Shown one piece after another: positions 37,493-45,745 of a DNA stretch of 52,569 bases. The notes below the pieces were generated by a model. It worked only from the letters and a program-made list of their open reading frames with translations, ran no database searches and was not told the DNA's origin. Position 1 is the stretch's first letter. Every line of letters begins with the position of its first letter. This stretch comes from a virus (Duplodnaviria > Caudoviricetes), in the IMG/VR virus record IMGVR_UViG_3300007513_000054, positions 1-52,569 of that record. The stretch is one strand, 5' to 3'. The position numbers were made by a program, and so were the translations under genes.

Positions 37493-37689
37493 TGTCATAT
37501 GTATGTGATGTGGAGGCGGTTCCTGAACGTGAAGGATATGAAGAAGTTACAGGAACAATGATGGAAATTCATAAGTGTGATGATTGTGGTTTTCATATTG
37601 GTTTTGATGTGTCGTATTTGGAGCAAGTAGAAGAAATTGTAATGGAATGTCCGAGTTGTGCTGAGGTAATTTATACTTATGATGAATAA
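37492..37689 (+). CDS. Small acidic zinc-ribbon protein
   Basis: CDDC and CPSC pairs. Confidence 0.6.
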   Translation: MSYVCDVEAVPEREGYEEVTGTMMEIHKCDDCGFHIGFDVSYLEQVEEIVMECPSCAEVIYTYDE

Positions 37690-37978
37690 GGAGGTAGATA
37701 TTTTGAGTGCTACGTATGCAGAATTGGTTAGATTGTTGGAAAATAGTATTTGTAATATAGAATTTATAAAGGCAGATGGAAGTCAAAGAAAGATGACTTG
37801 CACATTGAATCCATTTACAGAGGAGATGGAAGTGTTAGCAGATGATTATAATAATTCAACTAAAGAAAGTATTACAGTATGGGATTTAGAGAAGAAAGAT
37901 TGGAGATCTTTTCGTAAAGATAGATTGACAAAATGTACTGTTACCACTTCAATATTGGAGGTAGCAAGTGGAGCTTGA
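37679..37978 (+). CDS. SH3-fold WYL-like protein of T4-like phages
   Basis: 'F.KADGS.R.M.CTL', 'VWDLEKKDWRSFR'. Confidence 0.8.
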   Translation: MMNKEVDILSATYAELVRLLENSICNIEFIKADGSQRKMTCTLNPFTEEMEVLADDYNNSTKESITVWDLEKKDWRSFRKDRLTKCTVTTSILEVASGA

Positions 37979-38552
37979 AGAAATTTATAAACGAGGTCAA
38001 AAGGCTACTTTAGAGAATGAACCTTTAATTTCTGGTATTGATACGTCTTATGCTCGTTCAATGTATTATGTGGATCTTTGGAGAGATTGGTACGCCAATC
38101 TTTCCGATGTTCTTCGGCATGATTATATGTTTCAAGAACTTCCAGAGAAATTTCGTACTACTAATAATACTTTATGTCAAAGTGCATTGGAGTATTTTGA
38201 TGAAGATTTTGCTAGAAAGAGATGGAATATAATTGATCCTCCTTCTTTAGAAGAGGTAAAGAAGGATAATGAGAAAAATAATTTTACAAAACCTGTAAAA
38301 AAAGTTAAAGTTTCTAAGAAAGCTGTCGATAATAATAGTATAACAGCCGCACAAGCGTTTGCTGAAATAAATAGTCTAGTTGATGAATTGGAATATCATG
38401 AGAAGAAGTATTATGAGGATAATGATCCTGAGATTTCTGATTATGATTTTGATATGAAGTTAAAGAGATTGGAAGAATTAGAAAAACAATTTCCGGAATT
38501 CAAACAAAGTGAATCACCTACTGAACGAGTAGGGAGGGGGGATTTGAAATGA
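37968..38552 (+). CDS. Protein with C-terminal NAD-dependent DNA ligase domain Ia-like segment
   Basis: 'HEKKYYEDNDPEISDYDFD....L.ELE.QFPE....SPTERVG'. Confidence 0.7.
   Translation: MELEEIYKRGQKATLENEPLISGIDTSYARSMYYVDLWRDWYANLSDVLRHDYMFQELPEKFRTTNNTLCQSALEYFDEDFARKRWNIIDPPSLEEVKKDNEKNNFTKPVKKVKVSKKAVDNNSITAAQAFAEINSLVDELEYHEKKYYEDNDPEISDYDFDMKLKRLEELEKQFPEFKQSESPTERVGRGDLK
38306..38332 (+). promoter_or_regulatory. sigma28-like promoter copy 10 (intragenic)
   Basis: TAAAGTTT-ctaagaaagct-GTCGATAA. Confidence 0.7.
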
Positions 38553-38758
38553 ACGATAGGCTTACATATAAGAAAACTAATATATTAGTTAATGATATGG
38601 TCAGAGCAATTATGAAATGGAAACAACCGTCGGGTCAGGCAGAGAAACATTTTTATGATAAGAACGAGGTACTTGAATATAATAGCATAGTTTCTATAGT
38701 TGAAGGTATTTTTCGGAAATATAAAATTCTGAATTTTATTCAGAATAATATATCATAA
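38549..38758 (+). CDS. Hypothetical protein
   Basis: ATGA overlap, SD GGAGG. Confidence 0.55.
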   Translation: MNDRLTYKKTNILVNDMVRAIMKWKQPSGQAEKHFYDKNEVLEYNSIVSIVEGIFRKYKILNFIQNNIS

Positions 38759-38764
38759 TTAGCC

Positions 38765-38794
38765 TTGACAGCTGCCATTTGGATATGTTATAAT
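38765..38794 (+). promoter_or_regulatory. sigma70-type promoter
   Basis: TTGACA-N18-TATAAT with extended TG, intergenic. Confidence 0.8.
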
Positions 38795-38824
38795 ATGTTA
38801 TACTAATGAATAGGAGACTTCAAT

Positions 38825-39439
38825 ATGGCGCTTCGAGACAAGAAGCATATGGTTTGTACACATGTTAATAATAAAGTAGATCGAATAGATAAGGAAACAG
38901 ATTATAGTCCTCTTTTTTGGGATTTATTTTCTGGTGTTGTTCCTGGTATAGATACTAGGATAGATACCTATATGTATGGTTTATGTCGTGACGGGCCAGT
39001 TATGCGGAATTTCAAGAGAAGGCTTATGGATCCTCTGATAACTAATGTTAGCTCCACGAATCTTCATAATAGGGAAGAGGAAATACTGAAAGCTAAGATG
39101 CTTGTGAATAGGATGCGATTACTTGTGAATTGTAGAGCTACTAATCTTCTTCCAATTGATGAAATTGATACGGATATTATAGATGCTATTATTAAGATGC
39201 AGTGGTATAATGAAAATGTTATGTTAGAGTTGCCTATGGTTATTATTGATGTTTGTGGATATCATGGATGTGATAATAATGTAATGCACGATAATTACGG
39301 TAAGAGCAGATTTAATAAAAATAGACCATTGTTTAAACCTTGGTGTAAAAAACATAAGGATATCATGGAGAAGAAAAATAGAGAAGCAAAACTAGAAGGA
39401 AATGGACTTGGTCGGTTATATGAAACAACCACTAGATGA
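38825..39439 (+). CDS. Hypothetical protein with C-terminal Cys/His cluster
   Basis: 'CGYHGC...WCKKH'; SD AGGAG. Confidence 0.6.
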   Translation: MALRDKKHMVCTHVNNKVDRIDKETDYSPLFWDLFSGVVPGIDTRIDTYMYGLCRDGPVMRNFKRRLMDPLITNVSSTNLHNREEEILKAKMLVNRMRLLVNCRATNLLPIDEIDTDIIDAIIKMQWYNENVMLELPMVIIDVCGYHGCDNNVMHDNYGKSRFNKNRPLFKPWCKKHKDIMEKKNREAKLEGNGLGRLYETTTR

Positions 39440-39517
39440 TAAAATTATAGCTGATCTTATTGGATCAGCTATATTCTTTATATTGGTATTAGTAATGATG
39501 ATAGAATGGGATGTTAT

Positions 39518-40510
39518 ATGGAAATTATTGAAGATCACGGGCAATTAATGCGGGCAATTCAGAAATTTGATGGAACTTCTATTGAAGCCCGAAAATATTT
39601 AAAACAGTATTTTGAGTCTACAGACGAAAAACAAGTTTTAGGATATTTGACTCATAGTGTTGCAGATGATATGATACCTAGAGAATATGCTTGGGCTGCA
39701 AAACTTGTTTTGGATGGTGTTGATATACAGTGTTATGAGAATGAAGACGAATTGCATAATCGCATAAAGAAGGCTATTTGGGATATAACTCCTAAGTTAC
39801 CTGAAGTTATTAAAGTACCTGTCAAGAAAACGTATGGTGGAGATATTGAACATTCTATAGATCAGTTTATTAATGGAGGATATAAACTTAAAGATGTTAC
39901 TTTTGATACTTATGAATATCTGGAAAAGGAAAAGGTTCCGCCAGGTGAAGTTCGTAAATTGGTAAAACATTTTACTGAAATGAGGGATGAATTGGAGCAG
40001 ATTGATTCTGATGAACAGTTGAAGGAAGCATATGCCTATCTTGGAAAGCGTAATCGAAACAGTTATATTAAGTATCTTGACTCTATATTGGATGGTTGTG
40101 GGAATTATCTCACTAATACTAGGACTCTTAAAAAGATTGCTAAACCTGGTAAGAAGAAGCGTCTAGCTAAGGTTAATTATATGGAATCTTGTGATGAATT
40201 GCAATTAGTCAGTCAGGATCCAACAAAGATTAATGGTGCTAAAGAGGCTTGGATCATTCATGAAAAGTATAATTTATTAATTGTATATAGGACTGCCGAT
40301 CATGATGGACTGAAATTAGAAGGAAGTTCTATTAAGAATTTTAAGGAAAAGACTTCCACCAATAAGAAAATTCAAAGAAAATTTATTCCCGGATTATCTG
40401 GTTTAGGAAAAAGAGCAATGAATAAAACATGGAGAGATTTAAAACGTAAAGAGAATACTAATAATGGTAGATTGAATAAGAATCATATTATAGTGGGAGT
40501 GTTTAAGTAA
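39518..40510 (+). CDS. Conserved T4-like hypothetical protein
   Basis: 'DEQLKEAY', 'LVSQDP.KI.GA', 'NGRLNK..II' motifs seen in marine T4-like phages. Confidence 0.7.
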   Translation: MEIIEDHGQLMRAIQKFDGTSIEARKYLKQYFESTDEKQVLGYLTHSVADDMIPREYAWAAKLVLDGVDIQCYENEDELHNRIKKAIWDITPKLPEVIKVPVKKTYGGDIEHSIDQFINGGYKLKDVTFDTYEYLEKEKVPPGEVRKLVKHFTEMRDELEQIDSDEQLKEAYAYLGKRNRNSYIKYLDSILDGCGNYLTNTRTLKKIAKPGKKKRLAKVNYMESCDELQLVSQDPTKINGAKEAWIIHEKYNLLIVYRTADHDGLKLEGSSIKNFKEKTSTNKKIQRKFIPGLSGLGKRAMNKTWRDLKRKENTNNGRLNKNHIIVGVFK

Positions 40511-40971
40511 TGTTTGACCAGAGATTGAGAAATGAAAAGAAAATGTTACAGTTGGGTTTTGAAGGAGAGAAACTAGTAAAGGCGATTTATGAACGTATGG
40601 GATATATAGTAGAATTGTCAGAAGATTATTGGGATCCTTTAAAGGATATGTTAATTGATGGAAGAACGTGTGAAGTAAAAACACAGATTCCTGTCATTAC
40701 CCAAAATTGTATGGCTATTAATACTAGTCAGTATGAAAAATGTACTAATGTGGATATATTGATATTTGTTGAGATACCTTATAGTAACAAATATGATGTA
40801 AATGAAACAGTTAATATATATCAAGCCCTTGATAGGGAAGTTAGAGAGTTTCGTACTGCTGATGGTAGAGATATGTTGTTATATCCTATCAGTAAGATGA
40901 ATTTAATTAAGAAAGTAACAAGTACGGTAATTTGCAAACATTTTGAAAGTTTAAGTAATTCACAAGTATAA
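40510..40971 (+). CDS. PD-(D/E)XK-like nuclease
   Basis: 'G.EGE', 'KD..IDG...EVKT'. Confidence 0.65.
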   Translation: MFDQRLRNEKKMLQLGFEGEKLVKAIYERMGYIVELSEDYWDPLKDMLIDGRTCEVKTQIPVITQNCMAINTSQYEKCTNVDILIFVEIPYSNKYDVNETVNIYQALDREVREFRTADGRDMLLYPISKMNLIKKVTSTVICKHFESLSNSQV

Positions 40972-40974
40972 ATA
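40967..40974 (+). promoter_or_regulatory. T4-type late promoter TATAAATA before hsp20
   Basis: Exact motif followed by a leader hairpin (40978-40998). Confidence 0.7.
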
Positions 40975-41037
40975 ATAGTGCGAGTCGAAAGATCGCACAT
41001 ATAAAAATTAATCTTGCTTATTTAAGGAGATAGAACG

Positions 41038-41493
41038 ATGACAACTACAATACAACAATTTCGACAAAATAATTTTCCATTTTTCGTAGGTTTTGAAACA
41101 CTATGGGATACAATGGATAAAATCACTGAAACTCGACCACAGAGTTATCCGCCCTATAATCTTATTAAACATGATGATTATAATTATACTATTGAATTGG
41201 CCGTAGCTGGGTTTAGTTCGGAGCAAATTACAGTATCACATGAACCAGAACGTAATACGCTAACTGTTAAGGGAGATCAGTCAGGAAGTTCTGATGATGT
41301 TTCTTTTTTACATAGAGGTATTGCTGAACGTCAGTTCGATAGGACATGGACTGTTGCTGATAGTATTATAGTTAATAGTGCTGATTTGACTGATGGTATA
41401 CTAAGTATATCATTGGAAAAGTTAATTCCTGAGGAAAAGAAACCAAAAGAAATTTCGATTTCAACAGGAAGACAACTTTTGGTGGAAGACTAA
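41038..41493 (+). CDS. hsp20: Small heat-shock protein Hsp20
   Basis: 'YPPYN', 'IELAVAGF', 'LHRGIA.R.F', 'DGILSI', 'PEEKKP'. Confidence 0.95.
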   Translation: MTTTIQQFRQNNFPFFVGFETLWDTMDKITETRPQSYPPYNLIKHDDYNYTIELAVAGFSSEQITVSHEPERNTLTVKGDQSGSSDDVSFLHRGIAERQFDRTWTVADSIIVNSADLTDGILSISLEKLIPEEKKPKEISISTGRQLLVED

Positions 41494-41780
41494 TGCCATA
41501 TTACGATTATAAATGTAAAGAATGTAATCATAGTTGGGAGGAACAACAAAGTATAGATGCTAGAAATGTTCCTAGGTATAATCCTTGTCCTGATTGTGGT
41601 TCTTCTGGAGATATTGTTCTAGTGATGGGATCGCCTGCTATAGGCGATCCTGTAACATTAGGAATTAGAAAACCAGATGCAGGTTTTCAAAATAGATTAA
41701 GACAAATACATGAAAATGTGAAACCAGTGGGAGGCGATATATTAGGTAATTCTACCTATGGTCATAATATCACAGAATGA
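41493..41780 (+). CDS. FmdB-family zinc-ribbon protein
   Basis: 'MPYYDYKCKEC...CPDCGS', 'KPDAGF..RL..I'. Confidence 0.85.
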   Translation: MPYYDYKCKECNHSWEEQQSIDARNVPRYNPCPDCGSSGDIVLVMGSPAIGDPVTLGIRKPDAGFQNRLRQIHENVKPVGGDILGNSTYGHNITE

Positions 41781-42127
41781 TACCTTTGAAAATAGCCTTG
41801 ACAATTGGGGCTATATATGTTATAATATGTACAATTGGATGTTCTGAAGGATTTGAATATGGATGGACTTGGGGAATAACAAAAGATGATGGGGAGAGAG
41901 GTACAGGAAAACTTAAATGGAAGGCATATGAAGTTCGGGTTGATGATGTTTTAACATCTGTTGATGGTTCAGAAATAATTATACCTGCTGATCCACACAA
42001 AGATTGTAAACATGGTCATTATGTTGATCCTTATACAAAAATAGAATATTGTTTGCCAGAAAATTTTAGAAATATTAATACATTACATTTATACAGGGTA
42101 ACTAAAATACATGACTTAATTAATTAG
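41777..42127 (+). CDS. Hypothetical exported/lipoprotein-like protein
   Basis: ATGA overlap; hydrophobic N-terminus ending 'TIGC' coincides with promoter sequence. Confidence 0.45.
   Translation: MIPLKIALTIGAIYVIICTIGCSEGFEYGWTWGITKDDGERGTGKLKWKAYEVRVDDVLTSVDGSEIIIPADPHKDCKHGHYVDPYTKIEYCLPENFRNINTLHLYRVTKIHDLIN
41798..41826 (+). promoter_or_regulatory. sigma70-type promoter, nearest recognisable promoter upstream of the flagellin cluster
   Basis: TTGACA-N17-TATAAT with extended TG. Confidence 0.7.
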
Positions 42128-42136
42128 GAGGATATC

Positions 42137-42343
42137 ATGAAGATTCATTCTTCATCGCCAGAGATAGCTAGAACGTTTGATAGGTCAAAAGAACAACAAG
42201 TTCTCATGTCTAATATGGCATCTAGGGCTCATGTTAGAACTGAGTTGGCTACTCATGAAAGAGAAAAACACGATGTTAGTGTTGCTTCCAATATTTCACA
42301 AGATGTGTCAAAGATTGGAGCCACTTTAGACGTTAAAGCATAA
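42137..42343 (+). CDS. YjfB-like (putative motility) small protein
   Basis: SD AGGAGG; ends 'KIGATLDVKA'; adjacent to flagellin. Confidence 0.55.
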   Translation: MKIHSSSPEIARTFDRSKEQQVLMSNMASRAHVRTELATHEREKHDVSVASNISQDVSKIGATLDVKA

Positions 42344-42379
42344 TACATAATTTTTTAAATTATGAAAGCGGAGAATTGT

Positions 42380-43210
42380 ATGTTATCAGGAATTACACAA
42401 AAAACTTTAGGACGTTATCAAGAAGCCACAAAAATGGTTGAAGAAACGATGTCAAGGCTGGCATCTGGAACGGCTGATATTGGATCGGCTGATAAAATTA
42501 AAATGGGTAGAATTAATAATACTATTCATACGTTACAGACAGCACATAAAGTAGTTAAACAGAATCAAGATTTGTTGGAGTCTGCTCTTGTAGGAACAGA
42601 TTCTATTACTGCTGTTGTTCTTAAAATGAAAGAGGTTGCTACTGAGGCACAAGACGATCAATTAACAGCATCCCAACGTTTAGCTTTGATGGATGAGTAT
42701 AATGAATTGTCTGCTGAAATTGATTATGTTGCACAGAATACAGAATATGATGGAACAGAATTGATTGATGGTTCTTTTGGAACTAAAAGTTTTGTTATTG
42801 ATGGTGTTAATACTGATCAGACAGTTAGTGTTGAATTAGGTGATCTTACGTTAGAAGGATTAAAGCTTGGTGCTTATACTGATGATAATAATCAGGCAGT
42901 AGCTGTAGCTAAATTGGATACTGTTGCTGATGCTGAAGATGCAGTAACAAGATTGGAAACTGCTCTTGCATCATTAGAGGGTGAGAGATCTAATCAGTTG
43001 GCTAAAATTGAAAGATTCGATTTTACTATTTCTCATATGGAACGTATGATTGGTATTAATGAAGAATCTATTGCCACTATTAATGATTTTGATGAAGCAT
43101 CAGAGATGGCTAAATTGACTAGTTATAGAATTGAACAACAAACAGCTATTGCATTAATGGCTCAAGCACAACAACTTTCTGCTTCTGTTTTACAGTTGTT
43201 GGGCGGTTAA
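42380..43210 (+). CDS. fliC: Flagellin-like protein
   Basis: 'RLASG', 'KMKEVA..A', 'EYNEL.AEID.VA.NTEYDG..LIDG', 'D.DEASEMAKLT', 'AQAQQL...VLQLL'; SD GGAG before ATG 42380. Confidence 0.88.
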   Translation: MLSGITQKTLGRYQEATKMVEETMSRLASGTADIGSADKIKMGRINNTIHTLQTAHKVVKQNQDLLESALVGTDSITAVVLKMKEVATEAQDDQLTASQRLALMDEYNELSAEIDYVAQNTEYDGTELIDGSFGTKSFVIDGVNTDQTVSVELGDLTLEGLKLGAYTDDNNQAVAVAKLDTVADAEDAVTRLETALASLEGERSNQLAKIERFDFTISHMERMIGINEESIATINDFDEASEMAKLTSYRIEQQTAIALMAQAQQLSASVLQLLGG

Positions 43211-43257
43211 TAAATAATAATGCGAATTAGTGAGGCAGTTTATAAATTAATACATAC

Positions 43258-43281
43258 ATGGCCTTATAAAATTAAGGCCAT
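43258..43281. terminator. 9-bp perfect hairpin after flagellin (possible terminator/processing site)
   Basis: ATGGCCTTA-taaaat-TAAGGCCAT; no clear U tract. Confidence 0.35.
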
Positions 43282-43319
43282 TGAACCTGTGGATGAATCT
43301 ATAAAAGGTGATAATAATA

Positions 43320-43910
43320 ATGGGAAAAACGACATTCGACGAAATAATAGAAGTAGTATTAAAACACGAAGGCGGGTATGTAGACGATCCTGACGACAAA
43401 GGGGGAGCTACTAATTTTGGTGTAACTCAGGCATCTTATTCACAGTATCTAGGACGAAAAGCTTCTAAAGATGAAATTAAGGATATGAGTGTTGAAGATG
43501 CGAAGGGTTGTTATAAACAAGATTTTTGGGATCCTTCTAGGGCCGAACAGCTTAATGAGGATCTTAGAGAAGTATATTTTGATATGGTTGTTAATCATGG
43601 CCAGCGAAATGCGGTAAAAATTTTACAACAGGCCGCAAATAATAGAAATGCAGAAATAACAGTTGATGGTTTAATTGGACCTAATACTATTCGTGCCGCT
43701 AATAATGTTTCTAGGGAAGATGTTTTATTGGAACGTACTATGTTCTATGCTAATTTATGTTTTAATGGATCAAAGTATGCTGATAGGACTTCTCAAAATA
43801 AATTTTTGCGTGGGTGGGTATTTAATCGTGTATTCTATTTTGTAAAGAGTGAATTGCAAGATGAGGTAGATCGTCTTAAACAAATTATTAAAGAATTAAA
43901 GGAGCTATAG
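43320..43910 (+). CDS. Glycoside hydrolase family 108 lysozyme with peptidoglycan-binding domain
   Basis: 'HEGGYVDDPDDKGGATNFGVT', 'FD..VN.G', 'VDGLIGPNT', 'KFLRGW..R'. Confidence 0.92.
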   Translation: MGKTTFDEIIEVVLKHEGGYVDDPDDKGGATNFGVTQASYSQYLGRKASKDEIKDMSVEDAKGCYKQDFWDPSRAEQLNEDLREVYFDMVVNHGQRNAVKILQQAANNRNAEITVDGLIGPNTIRAANNVSREDVLLERTMFYANLCFNGSKYADRTSQNKFLRGWVFNRVFYFVKSELQDEVDRLKQIIKELKEL

Positions 43911-43911
43911 T

Positions 43912-44790
43912 ATGAGTAATAATGGAACACAGAGTTTATTGACGCAGGAGCAATTGCATGAACAAATTTTATATCCTGTGGTTCGTGTTAGGTGTGAGAA
44001 AGCTGGAGGTTCAGGTGTAGTTATTTATAGTGAACCTGATCCTGAGAATGAAGGGAAATTTATTAATATCGCTTTAACTTGCGAACACGTTATTGCAGAC
44101 GCAATTACAGTGAAAAATGAGTGGGATTCTTTGCTTAAACGTGAAGTAAAGAAAGATATAATGAAAGAAGTAGTTGTGGAGGTATTTGAATATGAAGGTT
44201 CGGAACTCCTTTCTGCTAATTCAACTAGGGCAGATGTTATTGCTTATGATAAAGGGCATGATTTGGCGGCTGTCAAATTGCACAATACAAAGCCTATGGA
44301 ATATGTGTCTCAAGTTATTTCGAAGGATGATATTACAAATTTGCGATTATTTGATCCGGTATGGACAAGTGGATGTAGTTTGTTACATGATCCTTTTGCT
44401 AACCCGGGAACGTTAACATACCTAAAAGAAGATATTGAGGAAAAGGATTATATGATGTATAATGCTCCATCAGTATTTGGTAATTCTGGTGGTGGTGTTT
44501 TTAGTGGTAAATCAGGAAATCTTTTAGGTCTGGCATCTCGTATTTCGACTATTCAACTTGGATTTGGAATTGATGTTATGACATGGATGGGTTTTTGTAC
44601 GCAACCGGCTAGATTGTATGAGTTTTTTGAGCATCAAGAAATGCAATTTTTGTATGATGATAATGATACTTATGCAGAAGGTTTAGAACGCCGTGAAAGT
44701 CGTCGTAAAGAATCTTTAAAATCATTGTTATTAGGTCAAGAAGGCGATTTGCCTGGAACAGAAAAGGCAGGTGGTAAGCGTAAAGATTAG
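43912..44790 (+). CDS. Trypsin-like serine protease
   Basis: 'GSGV', 'LTCEHV' (His), 'DLA' (Asp), 'GNSGGG' (Ser). Confidence 0.88.
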   Translation: MSNNGTQSLLTQEQLHEQILYPVVRVRCEKAGGSGVVIYSEPDPENEGKFINIALTCEHVIADAITVKNEWDSLLKREVKKDIMKEVVVEVFEYEGSELLSANSTRADVIAYDKGHDLAAVKLHNTKPMEYVSQVISKDDITNLRLFDPVWTSGCSLLHDPFANPGTLTYLKEDIEEKDYMMYNAPSVFGNSGGGVFSGKSGNLLGLASRISTIQLGFGIDVMTWMGFCTQPARLYEFFEHQEMQFLYDDNDTYAEGLERRESRRKESLKSLLLGQEGDLPGTEKAGGKRKD

Positions 44791-45491
44791 ATGAAAGTAT
44801 TTAATCATAAGGATGTAAAATATAATTTTTTTCCTTTAGATGTTATTGAAAAGGATAATAAACGCTATTACGGAAAGGATGGCGTTTATTATCCTTCAAT
44901 TACAACAGTTTTATCAGAGTTTCCTGGAAAGAAAGAAGGTTTAGAAAGATGGCGTAAGAAAGAAGGATTAGAGAAGGCTAATTCCATTACTTATGTTGCT
45001 GGCCAGCGTGGTAGTGCATTGCATGATGTAGCTGAAATGTATTTGAATAATGAAATACGGGATAATAGTTTTTTTCTCTTTAAAAGGCCTCCTATCAATC
45101 CAGATGTTGTTTCTATGTTTTATGACTTACAACCATATTTGGATCAAATTGATAATATAGATGGTTTAGAACTTGCTCTTTATTCTGATCAGTATAAAAT
45201 GGCAGGAAGGGTTGATTGTATAGGTGAATTTCAAGGAATTCCTTCTATAATTGATTTTAAGACTGCAAGAAGAATGAAAAAAACTGATTGGATTGAAGAT
45301 TATTTTTGTCAAGCTACTGGTTATAGTTTAATGTGGGAAGAAATGACAGGAAACATTATAAATAGAATTGTAGTGTTGATGGTTTCTAAAAAAGATGATA
45401 TTAGTTATGAATCTAAAGCATGGGTTCGTAATCGAAATGATTATATAGAATTATTAACAGAAACTAGAAAAATATTTAAGGAGATACATGA

Positions 45492-45501
<10 letters not shown>
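44791..45501 (+). CDS. PD-(D/E)XK exonuclease of T4-like phages
   Basis: 'YPSITTVL', 'RGSALH', 'AGRVDCI', 'IIDFKT', 'YF.Q...Y'. Confidence 0.9.
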
Positions 45502-45566
<65 letters not shown>

Positions 45567-45571
45567 CAATC

Positions 45572-45745
45572 ATGAAGAAACGTAGACAGAAATTCAAAGA
45601 GATTAAATCAGGTAAGAAAAAAAATATAAGACATCCTATTGCACCTGAAGAGCAGGTGGAAACACAAAAAAGAAAGTATAATAGGAGCCAGGAAAAAAGG
45701 GAATGGCGTGAAGAAATGGAAGAATGGAAAGATTATTTTAAGTAG
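45572..45745 (+). CDS. Small basic hypothetical protein
   Basis: ATG immediately after the tRNA; 'KRKYNR' motif. Confidence 0.45.
   Translation: MKKRRQKFKEIKSGKKKNIRHPIAPEEQVETQKRKYNRSQEKREWREEMEEWKDYFK

Noticed and set aside
42240-42379. sigma28 promoter for flagellin
   Set aside because: A TAAAG is present but there is no GTCGATAA/GCCGATAA at the correct spacing.
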